Below are positions 55,600 to 64,000 of a stretch of 64,000 bases of DNA, one piece after another. The notes under the pieces are model-generated. The model did not search any database and was not told where the DNA came from. It worked only from the letters and a program-made list of their open reading frames with translations. The translations under genes were made by a program, and so were the position numbers. Source of the stretch: Candidatus Nomurabacteria bacterium (GTDB taxonomy: Bacteria > Patescibacteriota > Minisyncoccia > Phycocordibacterales > UBA918); the NCBI GenBank assembly GCA_020632015.1, contig JACKGI010000002.1, positions 91,121-155,120 on the forward strand, read 5' to 3'. Position 1 is the stretch's first letter, and the number at the start of each line of letters is the position of its first letter.

Positions 55600-56127
55600 A
55601 TGACCTTAGATGTGTATGTCGAGGCGCTGCTTTTCTATAAAGCAGCGCCTCAGAACAAAGAAAAGTTGTGTAAGCTGTTTTCTGTATCAACAGAAGAGCT
55701 TTCTACTGCCTTGTCCACTCTAAGAAACCGCCTCCAGACCGGCGCTACAAGATTAATCGAAACTGAAAACGAAATCCAGATTGTTACAGCTCCAGAATTG
55801 TCAGACTTCATCGAAGCTCAAAGAAAACAAGAACTATCAGGCGACATAGGTAAGGCAGGGGCTGAAACCTTAGCTATTATCTTGTATAGGGAACCGATTT
55901 CTAGAGTTGAAATAGACAGAATACGAGGAGTAAACTCATCATTTATTTTAAGAAACCTACTTATTCGAGGATTGATAATTCGAGAATCTATCACTGGTCA
56001 GGGTTACCAATTCAAAATAAGTCCACAACTACTGCAACACCTTGGTGTTCAAAACAAACGCGAACTTCCACAGTTTGCCGAGTTTATGGACGCAATAGAT
56101 TCATTTGATTTAGTTAAACATGAATGA
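55600..56127 (+). CDS. scpB: Segregation and condensation protein B
   Basis: EALLFYKAAP, AETLAIILYREPISRVEIDRIRGVNS. Confidence 0.88.
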   Translation: MTLDVYVEALLFYKAAPQNKEKLCKLFSVSTEELSTALSTLRNRLQTGATRLIETENEIQIVTAPELSDFIEAQRKQELSGDIGKAGAETLAIILYREPISRVEIDRIRGVNSSFILRNLLIRGLIIRESITGQGYQFKISPQLLQHLGVQNKRELPQFAEFMDAIDSFDLVKHE

Positions 56128-57112
56128 TTTCGGACCAAACATGATTGATATAGAAGAAACCGAGACTAAAAATCGGTTTCCGATTTTATTGCAACTTGGT
56201 ATTTTAAGCATTCTGATGATTGGTCTATACGGGACATGGATTTTTCAAATACCCGAACCTGAAGCACCAACAACTTCTCCTTCAGAAGAACTGATATTAG
56301 ACAATGAACAATATCCAATAACTCCACAAAAAATTGAGCAGGTGAGTCTGGTAGCAAAGTCAGCTTATGTTTGGGACATTAAGGGGCAAAGGGTCTTGTA
56401 TGCCAAAAATCCTGACGAGGTTCTTCCTCTAGCTTCGATTACCAAATTGATGACGACACTTCTAGCCTACGAGTTAGTAGCGGAAGATAAACAATTGTCC
56501 GTTCCTATATCTGCCATCAAGCAAGAAGGTAGCAGTGGTTTATCAGAAGGTGAACGACTTACCGCTGAAGAATTAACCAGTCTAGCTCTCATCTCTTCTT
56601 CAAATGATGCCGCTTACACCTTAGCCGCAAGCGTAGGTTCGCTTCTCGGTTCACAGGATTCTGCTTCTCAGTTTGTTCAAGGAATGAACATACGCGCCAA
56701 AGAGCTTGGTCTACATTCACTAAATTTCAAAAACCCTACCGGTCTAGACCTTTCATTATCTGAGCCAGGAGCAACTGGTAGCGCAAGGGATGTATCATTT
56801 TTGATGGAATACATTGTGACCAACTATCCCGAGATTATCGCCCCAACACAGCAAGCAAACGCTCGTATTTACAACACAGCTGGAGCCTATCACGAAGCCA
56901 GCAATACTAATGACGCGATTTCAAAAATACCAAATATGATTGGCTCAAAGACTGGTTACACAGACTTAGCAGGAGGAAATCTAACCATTGCTTTTGACGC
57001 TGGACTCAACAGACCAATTGTAATCACCGTACTAGGCTCAACTCACGATGACAGATTCACTGATGTTCTTACCCTGATTGATGCTGTACAGAAAAGCCTA
57101 ACTTCACAATAG
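56120..57112 (+). CDS. D-alanyl-D-alanine carboxypeptidase (S11, PBP5-like)
   Basis: N-terminal TM; SITK, SSSND (SxN), KTGYT. Confidence 0.85.
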   Translation: MNDFGPNMIDIEETETKNRFPILLQLGILSILMIGLYGTWIFQIPEPEAPTTSPSEELILDNEQYPITPQKIEQVSLVAKSAYVWDIKGQRVLYAKNPDEVLPLASITKLMTTLLAYELVAEDKQLSVPISAIKQEGSSGLSEGERLTAEELTSLALISSSNDAAYTLAASVGSLLGSQDSASQFVQGMNIRAKELGLHSLNFKNPTGLDLSLSEPGATGSARDVSFLMEYIVTNYPEIIAPTQQANARIYNTAGAYHEASNTNDAISKIPNMIGSKTGYTDLAGGNLTIAFDAGLNRPIVITVLGSTHDDRFTDVLTLIDAVQKSLTSQ

Positions 57113-57118
57113 AAAGAT

Positions 57119-58177
57119 ATGGATTCCATGATAATTAATGTTTTACTACCAGCCCTTCTAACCTTTACTGTTGGTATTCTGATAACACCAATCGTTACTC
57201 ACTTTCTTTATAAGCATAAGGCTTGGAAGAAACAAGGAGGCAAGATTGCGATGGGCGGTCATGAAGCAGTTGAGTTCAATAGGCTCAAAGGTGCGACCGA
57301 AACGTCCACACCACGCATGGGTGGGATTGTCATTTGGGGAAGTGTCATCATAACTTTAGTACTAACGTACTTACTTGCATCAGTATTTCCTTCTTCGTTT
57401 TTTGCAGACCTAGACTACCTAACCCGTTCACAGACGCTTATTCCGGCTACCTCACTTATAATTGGCGCTATTATTGGGTTCCTGAACGACTTCTATGACG
57501 TAGCCCATGAAGGGAAGGGGTTAAAGCTTTCAATTCGACTTGGACTTATTACATTACTATCTGGTCTACTTGGTTGGTGGTTTTATACAAAACTTGGTGT
57601 CACTGGAGTCAATATTCCGTTCGACGGAACTTTAGAGTTGGGTCTACTAATCATTCCTTTCTTCATTCTTCTGACACTCATGTTATACGCGAGTGGTGTA
57701 ATAGATGGAATTGACGGCTTGTCTGGTGGAGTCTTTGCGTCTATTTTCGCTGCCTATACAGGAATCGCCATCGTTCAGTCACAGTTCGATTTGGCAGTTT
57801 TTTGCGCCACTGTAGTTGGCGGAACTATGGCATTTTTGTGGTTTAACATTCCACCAGCTCGTTTCTGGATGACAGAAACTGGCTCCATGTCCCTAACTCT
57901 TTCTCTAGCAACAGTAGTCTTTATGACAGACTCACTCGGCGACGGTAACGGTATTTCGCTGTTATTAATAGTGGGCTTGCCACTTATTGCAACAGTCGCC
58001 TCTAACGTCGTTCAGGTCAGTTACCGTAAGATGACCGGCAGGAAGCTTTTGCGCATCGCTCCATTACATCATCATTTTGAAGCAATCGGCTGGCCATCAT
58101 ACAAGGTAACAATGCGTTACTGGATTATCAGTATCTTCTGTGCAGTTATCGGTGTAATCATCGCTTCAATCGCATGA
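57119..58177 (+). CDS. mraY: Phospho-N-acetylmuramoyl-pentapeptide transferase
   Basis: TPRMGGI, NDFYD, DGIDGL, APLHHHFE. Confidence 0.95.
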   Translation: MDSMIINVLLPALLTFTVGILITPIVTHFLYKHKAWKKQGGKIAMGGHEAVEFNRLKGATETSTPRMGGIVIWGSVIITLVLTYLLASVFPSSFFADLDYLTRSQTLIPATSLIIGAIIGFLNDFYDVAHEGKGLKLSIRLGLITLLSGLLGWWFYTKLGVTGVNIPFDGTLELGLLIIPFFILLTLMLYASGVIDGIDGLSGGVFASIFAAYTGIAIVQSQFDLAVFCATVVGGTMAFLWFNIPPARFWMTETGSMSLTLSLATVVFMTDSLGDGNGISLLLIVGLPLIATVASNVVQVSYRKMTGRKLLRIAPLHHHFEAIGWPSYKVTMRYWIISIFCAVIGVIIASIA

Positions 58178-59292
58178 GTGGTAACAAACCAAAATCAGTA
58201 GATACAGTTCTCTTGGGAATAATCGTTCTTTTAGTAGCCGGTGGCTTTCTTATCTTTTCTTCTGCCTCATTAGGGTTGATGGCCAGAGACGGAGCTTCTT
58301 TTGGCTCTGTGGCCCTAAACCAATTTTTGTTTGGAGTAGTTGGTGGAGGAACTGCCTTATTGCTAATGAGCAGTGTCTACTATCGACACTGGAGAAAATA
58401 CGCCTTTTATCTTTTTCTTATTACCTTAGCTGCCACTTTGGCTGTGTTTATACCTGGACTTGGTATGACCCATGCCGGAGCCACCAGATGGCTAGACCTA
58501 GGCTTTACCACAATCCAACCATCAGAATTTCTAAAGATAGGCTTTATTATTTATTTGGCTACGTGGCTTTCTGGCGTTCATACAAAAATCGGACAATGGA
58601 AATACGGATTATTTCCTTTTGCCGGCATCAGTGGGGCAGTGGGGGCGGTAATGCTACTTCAACCAGACACTGACACATTCTTGATTATGGCTTTTGCTGG
58701 TATGGCAATGTTCCTAGTTGCCGGAGCTAAATGGCGAGATATTGCAATTATATTTCTTGGTGGCTTTATCATGCTGGCAGTAGTAGCAATGGTTAGGCCT
58801 TACATTATGGACAGACTTACCACCTTCCTACATCCAGAGGCTGATCCGCTTGGAAGTGGTTATCAGATACAACAATCATTAATCGCTGTTGGATCAGGAG
58901 GTTTTAACGGTAGAGGGTACGGACAAAGTATCCAAAAATTCGAATATCTTCCTGAACCAATTGGGGACTCAATCTTTGCCGTCTATGCAGAAGAATTCGG
59001 TTTTCTTGGTGCGATGATGTTGATTTTAGCTTTAGTTTTTCTAACTTTAAGAGGTTATAAAACAGCCACTCAAGCGAATGATATTTTTGGGACACTCTTG
59101 GTCATTGGTTTCATGACGGTCATAATTGCTCAGGCCTTTTTAAATATTGGCGCGATGCTAGCGGTAGCACCATTGTCTGGTCTGCCTTTGCCTTTTATTA
59201 GTCATGGAGGTACAGCCCTAATGTCTACGTTGGCCTCGCTAGGGATAGTTCTAAATGTGTCTAGATATCGAACTTTTAAAAAGAGCACGTGA
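58174..59292 (+). CDS. ftsW: SEDS-family peptidoglycan polymerase FtsW/RodA
   Basis: QPSEFLKI, DTDTF, GSGGFNGRGYGQS, TDSIFAV-like PEPIGDSIFAV, LPFISHGGT. Confidence 0.9.
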   Translation: MSGNKPKSVDTVLLGIIVLLVAGGFLIFSSASLGLMARDGASFGSVALNQFLFGVVGGGTALLLMSSVYYRHWRKYAFYLFLITLAATLAVFIPGLGMTHAGATRWLDLGFTTIQPSEFLKIGFIIYLATWLSGVHTKIGQWKYGLFPFAGISGAVGAVMLLQPDTDTFLIMAFAGMAMFLVAGAKWRDIAIIFLGGFIMLAVVAMVRPYIMDRLTTFLHPEADPLGSGYQIQQSLIAVGSGGFNGRGYGQSIQKFEYLPEPIGDSIFAVYAEEFGFLGAMMLILALVFLTLRGYKTATQANDIFGTLLVIGFMTVIIAQAFLNIGAMLAVAPLSGLPLPFISHGGTALMSTLASLGIVLNVSRYRTFKKST

Positions 59293-59305
59293 TAAACTAA
59301 GTAAT

Positions 59306-60418
59306 ATGAAAATCGGTTTTGTCGGAGGAGGAACAGGCGGACACTTCTATCCACTCATCGCAGTGGCTGAGGAACTTAGTCGTGATGCCCGCAATCCTCA
59401 GATGTACTACTTCGGTCCGTCACCATACGACAAGACTGCTTTGCAGAATTTAAATATAAAATTTATTTATTGCCCAGCAGGTAAGTTAAGAACATATTTT
59501 TCAATTCAGAATTTTATTGATATTTTTAGAAATTTCTTTGGAGTTTTTGTAGCAATCTGGAAGCTATTTGTAATTTATCCTGACGTTATTTTTAGTAAGG
59601 GTGGATACACTAGCGTACCTATTTTGTTGGCAGCAAAATTTTTACGTATACCAGTTGTGATTCATGAGTCTGATTCTATACCAGGTAGAGCAAACAAAAT
59701 GGCTACTAAACAAGCTAAGTATATTGCAATTTCTTATGATGACGCCGCGCAGTTTTTTCCTCCGGAAAAAACTGCGCTAACCGGCATCCCACTTCGAACT
59801 GCCATCAAAGACGTACCAGCTGACCCTTACCAAGTCCTTGGCATCCCAAACGACAAACCTCTTCTGTATATTACAGGTGGCTCAAGTGGCGCAGAAAGAA
59901 TAAACAATATTATTTTGCGCTCCCTGAATCAACTACTACCTCACTATCGTATTTTCCATCAAACAGGACCAGCTAATCTTGAAGAGATGAAGTTAGCGGC
60001 ACAAAGCTTACTGGCAGGAACTGATTTGCTAGATAGTTATTACCTAGAAGGTAGCATAGATGCCAAAATGGTCTCCGCGCTAATGAGTGCGTCGTCACTT
60101 GTAATTACGAGAGCTGGTAGTACCACACTCTTTGAAATTGCTTACCACGGCAAACCATCTGTTGTTATCCCAATTCCTGAAGACATAAGTCGCGACCAAA
60201 GAAGTAATGCCTACGCTTACGCGAGAACAGGTGCCGCCTCAGTGATAGAAGAACAAAACCTAACCCCAAACTTGCTTGCACAGGAAATTAGCACTATTAT
60301 GAGTGACCAAAACCGATATTCTGAAATGTCTGTTGCCGCCAAAGCTGTTTTTGTTGACGGAGCGTCAAAGAAAATTGCCGACATACTACTATCGATTGGA
60401 ATTGAACATGGATCATAA
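59306..60418 (+). CDS. murG: UDP-N-acetylglucosamine--LPS... lipid I GlcNAc transferase MurG
   Basis: GGGTGGHFYP, HESDSIPG, ITGGSSGA, ITRAGSTT; ATG 59306 (track start 59255 overlaps ftsW). Confidence 0.93.
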   Translation: MKIGFVGGGTGGHFYPLIAVAEELSRDARNPQMYYFGPSPYDKTALQNLNIKFIYCPAGKLRTYFSIQNFIDIFRNFFGVFVAIWKLFVIYPDVIFSKGGYTSVPILLAAKFLRIPVVIHESDSIPGRANKMATKQAKYIAISYDDAAQFFPPEKTALTGIPLRTAIKDVPADPYQVLGIPNDKPLLYITGGSSGAERINNIILRSLNQLLPHYRIFHQTGPANLEEMKLAAQSLLAGTDLLDSYYLEGSIDAKMVSALMSASSLVITRAGSTTLFEIAYHGKPSVVIPIPEDISRDQRSNAYAYARTGAASVIEEQNLTPNLLAQEISTIMSDQNRYSEMSVAAKAVFVDGASKKIADILLSIGIEHGS

Positions 60419-61886
60419 AAACACTACAAATAAAGTTGTGACTCGCTTTGCACCGTCACCAACGGGTTTTTTGCACACTGGAAGTGTCCGCACTGCTCTT
60501 TATGCCTACCTCTTTGCATGCAAAAATAACGGAACGTTTATACTCAGAATAGAAGATACGGATAAGGCTAGGGAAGTAGACGGTGCGGTTCAGCATATAC
60601 AAGACTCTATGCGTTGGCTTGGTATAGAATGGAATTACGGTCCTGATAAACCCGGTCCTTTTGGATCTTGTATACAGTCAGAAAGGTTGGGCAGTTACAA
60701 AAAGTACGCTCAACAACTTATAGACAAAGGGCTAGCTTATCCTGATCCATACACACAAGAGGAGATAGAATCTTTCCGTGAATTAGCTAAGAATGAAGAA
60801 CGACCTTTTTTATATCGACACCACAGACCTGAAAAATTTGATGAATGGGATGGTACTAAACCGTTAAGATTGAAGACACCTGAAATCAAGCGATATGAGT
60901 GGAATGATGTTGTAAGAGGCAAACTGTCAGCCGGAGAAGAGATGCTCGATGATTTTATAATCATCAAAGCGGATGGTTATCCGACCTACAACTTTGCGCA
61001 TATTATCGACGACCTAGAGATGGGCGTGACCCACGTCATGCGCGGAGAAGAGTTTATTTCCAGTACACCAAAATACCTTAGTCTGTATGACGCACTAGAA
61101 ATCCCATACCCAACTTTTGTCACACTTCCTCCTATAATGGGTCCAGATGGAAAGAAGAAACTTAGCAAAAGAGACGGAGCCAAGGACTTGCTCGACTTTA
61201 AAAAAGAAGGTTACTTACCTGAAGCAATGCGAAACTTTCTTGCACTTATCGGCTGGAATCCAGGCGGTAATGATGAAATATTTCCTAGCAGTGAATCAGA
61301 GAACACCCTTGTAGAAAAGTTTTCGTTAGAAAAAATCCAACGCTCAGGCGGTGCTTTTAATGAAGAAAAACTCAAGTGGATGAACAAGGAGTATCTCCTA
61401 AGACAAAATCAAGACTTCTTACTAACCTACCTCAAAGAGGCTATTCCTGACACTATTACATCATTGCCACAGTTCTCAGACGAAAGACTCAAAAAGCTTT
61501 CTCCAGTGGTTTTTGAACGTATACACAACAAAGCCGAGATTGTTGAAGCGAGCGAAGCAGGGGAGTACGATTTTGCCTTTTCTGCACCTGAATACGAAAA
61601 AGAGCTATTGCTATGGAAAAACGATTCGTCTGTCGAGGAATCCTTACCAAGACTAAAGAAAACAGCTGAACTCTTGAATGACGCTGATTTCAGAAACACA
61701 GAAACAATAAAGCAATCTATCTGGCAATACGCAGAAGAAGTAGGTAGAGGGGAAGTACTTTGGCCTTTGAGAACCTCACTTTCTGGTCGTAAACAATCAC
61801 CAGACCCGTTCACCCTTGCCTACATTCTTGGAAAAGAGGAAACAATCTCCCGTATACAGACGGCTTGTGATAAAATATCTGGGTAA
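60408..61886 (+). CDS. gltX: Glutamate--tRNA ligase
   Basis: RFAPSPTGFLHTGS, IEDTD, KLSKR; ATG 60408 overlaps the murG end by 11 nt. Confidence 0.93.
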   Translation: MDHKNTTNKVVTRFAPSPTGFLHTGSVRTALYAYLFACKNNGTFILRIEDTDKAREVDGAVQHIQDSMRWLGIEWNYGPDKPGPFGSCIQSERLGSYKKYAQQLIDKGLAYPDPYTQEEIESFRELAKNEERPFLYRHHRPEKFDEWDGTKPLRLKTPEIKRYEWNDVVRGKLSAGEEMLDDFIIIKADGYPTYNFAHIIDDLEMGVTHVMRGEEFISSTPKYLSLYDALEIPYPTFVTLPPIMGPDGKKKLSKRDGAKDLLDFKKEGYLPEAMRNFLALIGWNPGGNDEIFPSSESENTLVEKFSLEKIQRSGGAFNEEKLKWMNKEYLLRQNQDFLLTYLKEAIPDTITSLPQFSDERLKKLSPVVFERIHNKAEIVEASEAGEYDFAFSAPEYEKELLLWKNDSSVEESLPRLKKTAELLNDADFRNTETIKQSIWQYAEEVGRGEVLWPLRTSLSGRKQSPDPFTLAYILGKEETISRIQTACDKISG

Positions 61887-63190
61887 TGAATACCAGACCG
61901 CTCGTAGCCTTAATAATAGGAGTATTACTTCCTCCATTACTTTTTTCATCCCCAATTAGCGCGGAGGCTGTTTCCGAAATTGATAAGCTACGAAACGAGA
62001 TTGAGGCCAGAAATGATAGACTTGCTCAAATCGAAGCTGAAATAGCAAAATATAACTCTGAACTTACCGAAGTAGGCGCCGAGAAGAAGACTCTGCAGTC
62101 TGCTATTAATCAACTTGAACTTGAACGAAAGAAAGTAAACGCTGAAATATCCAAAACTGAAAATCAAATAACGTCGACCGATCTTGAGATTAATAAGTTG
62201 ATACTTGAAATTTCAAGGACCCAAAAAGATATAGATAACACACAAGCCGGTATTGGCTCTATGATTCGTTCTGAGTACAAAGCTGGCGATGAGAGCCTAA
62301 TTGAGTTACTTTTAAGTCACGAAAAATTATCAGAATTTTGGAGCACTTTTGAAGCACACGAAAACATCCGAGACACTCTAGCAACAAAAGTCTCAGAGCT
62401 TAGCTCGTTTAGAGTTTTACTGGAAGAAAAACGGGACGAAAATGAATCCAAACGCAACAGATTGAGTTCTCTTAAGAATCAGTACAGTGATCAAAATCAA
62501 GTTCTTACAAACAATAAAAAGGAGCAGGCTGAACTGCTTGAAATCACTAAAAGTGAGGAAAGAAACTATCAACAATTATTAGCCTCACAAGAACAGGCTC
62601 GAGAACAAGTTCTAAAGGAGCTAAGAGATTTTGAATCTAAACTACAATTCATCCTAGACCCAAACACTATTCCTTCTCCAGGTACTCAAGTTTTTAGCTG
62701 GCCACTAGCAAACGTAATTATTACGCAGTATTTTGGTGGTACAGAGTTCGCAGCACGTAACGCCAGTGTATATGGGGGCCGAGCCTACCACCCAGGCGTA
62801 GACTTTGGAGCTCCGCGCGGAACAGCTATTATGGCTCCACTTACAGGAACAGTACGAGCCACAGGAAACACAGACGCCGTACCAGGTTGTTACTCATGGG
62901 GTAAATGGACTCTTATAGACCACGCCAATGGACTAACAACCCTCTATGCACACCAAGATGTAATCGCTGTTTCACCTGGACAAAAGGTGAGTACTGGAGA
63001 AGTCATTGGCTACGTCGGTAATACTGGGTACTCAACTGGTCCACACCTTCACTTTACGGTATATGCAAAAGACGGAGTTAATGTCCGAAAATTCAATGAG
63101 ATCAAGACAGTCACAAGCTGTGGCCCAGCTTCTACACCAGTTGCAGCAATCGAGGCATACATAGACCCAATGCTGTACCTACCAAAATAG
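61886..63190 (+). CDS. M23 family peptidoglycan metalloendopeptidase with N-terminal coiled coil (EnvC-like architecture)
   Basis: Signal peptide, about 230-aa coiled coil, HPGVDFGAPRGT, GNTGYSTGPHLHF. Confidence 0.88.
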   Translation: MNTRPLVALIIGVLLPPLLFSSPISAEAVSEIDKLRNEIEARNDRLAQIEAEIAKYNSELTEVGAEKKTLQSAINQLELERKKVNAEISKTENQITSTDLEINKLILEISRTQKDIDNTQAGIGSMIRSEYKAGDESLIELLLSHEKLSEFWSTFEAHENIRDTLATKVSELSSFRVLLEEKRDENESKRNRLSSLKNQYSDQNQVLTNNKKEQAELLEITKSEERNYQQLLASQEQAREQVLKELRDFESKLQFILDPNTIPSPGTQVFSWPLANVIITQYFGGTEFAARNASVYGGRAYHPGVDFGAPRGTAIMAPLTGTVRATGNTDAVPGCYSWGKWTLIDHANGLTTLYAHQDVIAVSPGQKVSTGEVIGYVGNTGYSTGPHLHFTVYAKDGVNVRKFNEIKTVTSCGPASTPVAAIEAYIDPMLYLPK

Positions 63191-63205
63191 CAAAAACCTC
63201 TAGCT

Positions 63206-63235
63206 GTGGAAAACTATGCACTTTTCTGTGGATAA
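63206..63235 (+). promoter_or_regulatory. Two DnaA-box-like 9-mers in direct orientation
   Basis: TGTGGAAAA (63206-63214) and TGTGGATAA (63227-63235) both fit TGTGNAWAA (reverse complement of TTWTNCACA); starts are 21 nt apart. Confidence 0.3.
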
Positions 63236-63399
63236 GTCTGGGGATTTGATGTTATTATAAAAGTGCGATGTAAAGCATCGTAGGAACTTACCCGAATGGA
63301 AACCCGCTCGTAGGCGGGTTTCTGGGCTAAACCTACAGCTATAACAACAACCTCCGACTATTTACAATTAATCATTCCTAAACTGTCAGATAATTACTT

Positions 63400-64000
63400 G
63401 TGGCTAATTTAATAATTACTAACGACCCAGCTAGGGAAGCGGGTGAAAAAATCAGCTCTTTAATCAGAGAGCACGTGGGAGACGTGGTCTGCATACTAGC
63501 TAGTGGCTCAGCCTCGGACATAATCGAGTACATAGATTTATCCAAGTACTGCTTTCATCAAGATTGTGCTGAAGCTAAAGAAAATAGTTCTGATGAAGAG
63601 TACACAAAATGTCAGAGAAACGAATGTCGCACAATATTTATCATGGGGGATGAGTGGGTGAGTGGGGAGGCAAAAATTAACAACTACTTACAACTCCAAT
63701 CTAGGTATCCAAAACATCAAGTTCTGAGTAATACAATTTCTACCATTCCTGAACTAGGTGAATCTGCAAAAACTTTTTCTGAAAGAATTGAGAAAACTTT
63801 TTTAGAAATTTTAATTGAACTAAACAAGCCAAAAATTATTTTTATTCTTGAGATAGGAACTGATGGACATGTGGCAGGAATCCTTCCTATGGATGAAGCA
63901 TCATTTCGGAAGACCTATCAAGACGATAGAACCTACGTCTCGGTACATGTCGATAGCCTTAAAATCGATTCTAGAGCCTCGTTTACACCATCATGGATAC
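63400..64000 (+). CDS. 6-phosphogluconolactonase/glucosamine-6-P deaminase-like protein, 5' part (runs off window; not in the ORF track)
   Basis: GTG 63400 follows an in-frame TAA; open to base 64000. ILASGSAS, IFIMGDEWV, ILEIGTDGHVAGILP resemble the LSGGSTP / DER.V / G.G.DGH.AS.FP motifs. Confidence 0.5.
   Translation, partial: MANLIITNDPAREAGEKISSLIREHVGDVVCILASGSASDIIEYIDLSKYCFHQDCAEAKENSSDEEYTKCQRNECRTIFIMGDEWVSGEAKINNYLQLQSRYPKHQVLSNTISTIPELGESAKTFSERIEKTFLEILIELNKPKIIFILEIGTDGHVAGILPMDEASFRKTYQDDRTYVSVHVDSLKIDSRASFTPSWI

Noticed and set aside
63191-63399. Chromosomal replication origin (oriC)
   Set aside because: There are only two DnaA boxes, no dnaA/dnaN nearby and no switch of gene orientation across the region. 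It is kept as a low-interest finding rather than a feature call.
1-64000. CRISPR arrays, transposases, integrases, prophage, restriction-modification or known defence operons, and an alternative genetic code
   Set aside because: No regularly spaced direct repeats, no recognisable mobility or defence proteins, and all three standard stop codons terminate well-conserved genes at the expected lengths.

Overview
By eye this is a moderately AT-rich, very gene-dense bacterial chromosome segment. I count about 78 protein genes and 2 tRNA-Ala genes. All but about ten small or efflux genes are on the + strand. The standard genetic code fits: TAA, TAG and TGA all act as stops and no gene is broken in frame.

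The content is almost entirely housekeeping:
- Nucleotide excision repair: uvrA 3' end and a compact uvrC.
- Peptidoglycan: ddl, mltG, a PBP5-like carboxypeptidase, mraY, ftsW, murG and an M23 peptidase.
- Five aminoacyl-tRNA synthetases: leuS, alaS, trpS, aspS, gltX.
- A ribosomal block: infA-rpmJ-rpsM-rpsK-rpsD-rpoA-rplQ-rplM-rpsI.
- grpE-dnaK-dnaJ, scpAB, ychF, mnmA, sppA, pepA and an M16 peptidase pair.
- An RND pump with its adaptor on the minus strand.

Many proteins are shortened versions of their families (UvrC, AlaRS, L13, a nucleotide-sugar dehydrogenase). Several families are typical of Patescibacteria/CPR genomes, such as a DUF5671-like protein, a sigma-region-4/HARE-HTH protein and many small membrane orphans. 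The lineage assignment is inference only.

I saw no rRNA, CRISPR array, transposase, integrase, phage genes or recognisable defence operon. I could not identify a convincing multi-gene novel system.

The best-supported non-obvious features are:
1. A compact T-box leader, with explicit antiterminator/terminator alternatives, in front of an archaeal-type aspS.
2. An rpmJ gene absent from the ORF track that encodes a Cys-less L36.
3. A degenerate tRNA-Ala 3' remnant lying between two tRNA-Ala genes.
4. Several uncharacterised gene pairs: a divergent actin-fold protein with a membrane-anchored partner, a Cys-rich protein coupled to an orphan histidine kinase, an ATP-cone/nuclease-fold protein coupled to mnmA, and four micro membrane proteins.
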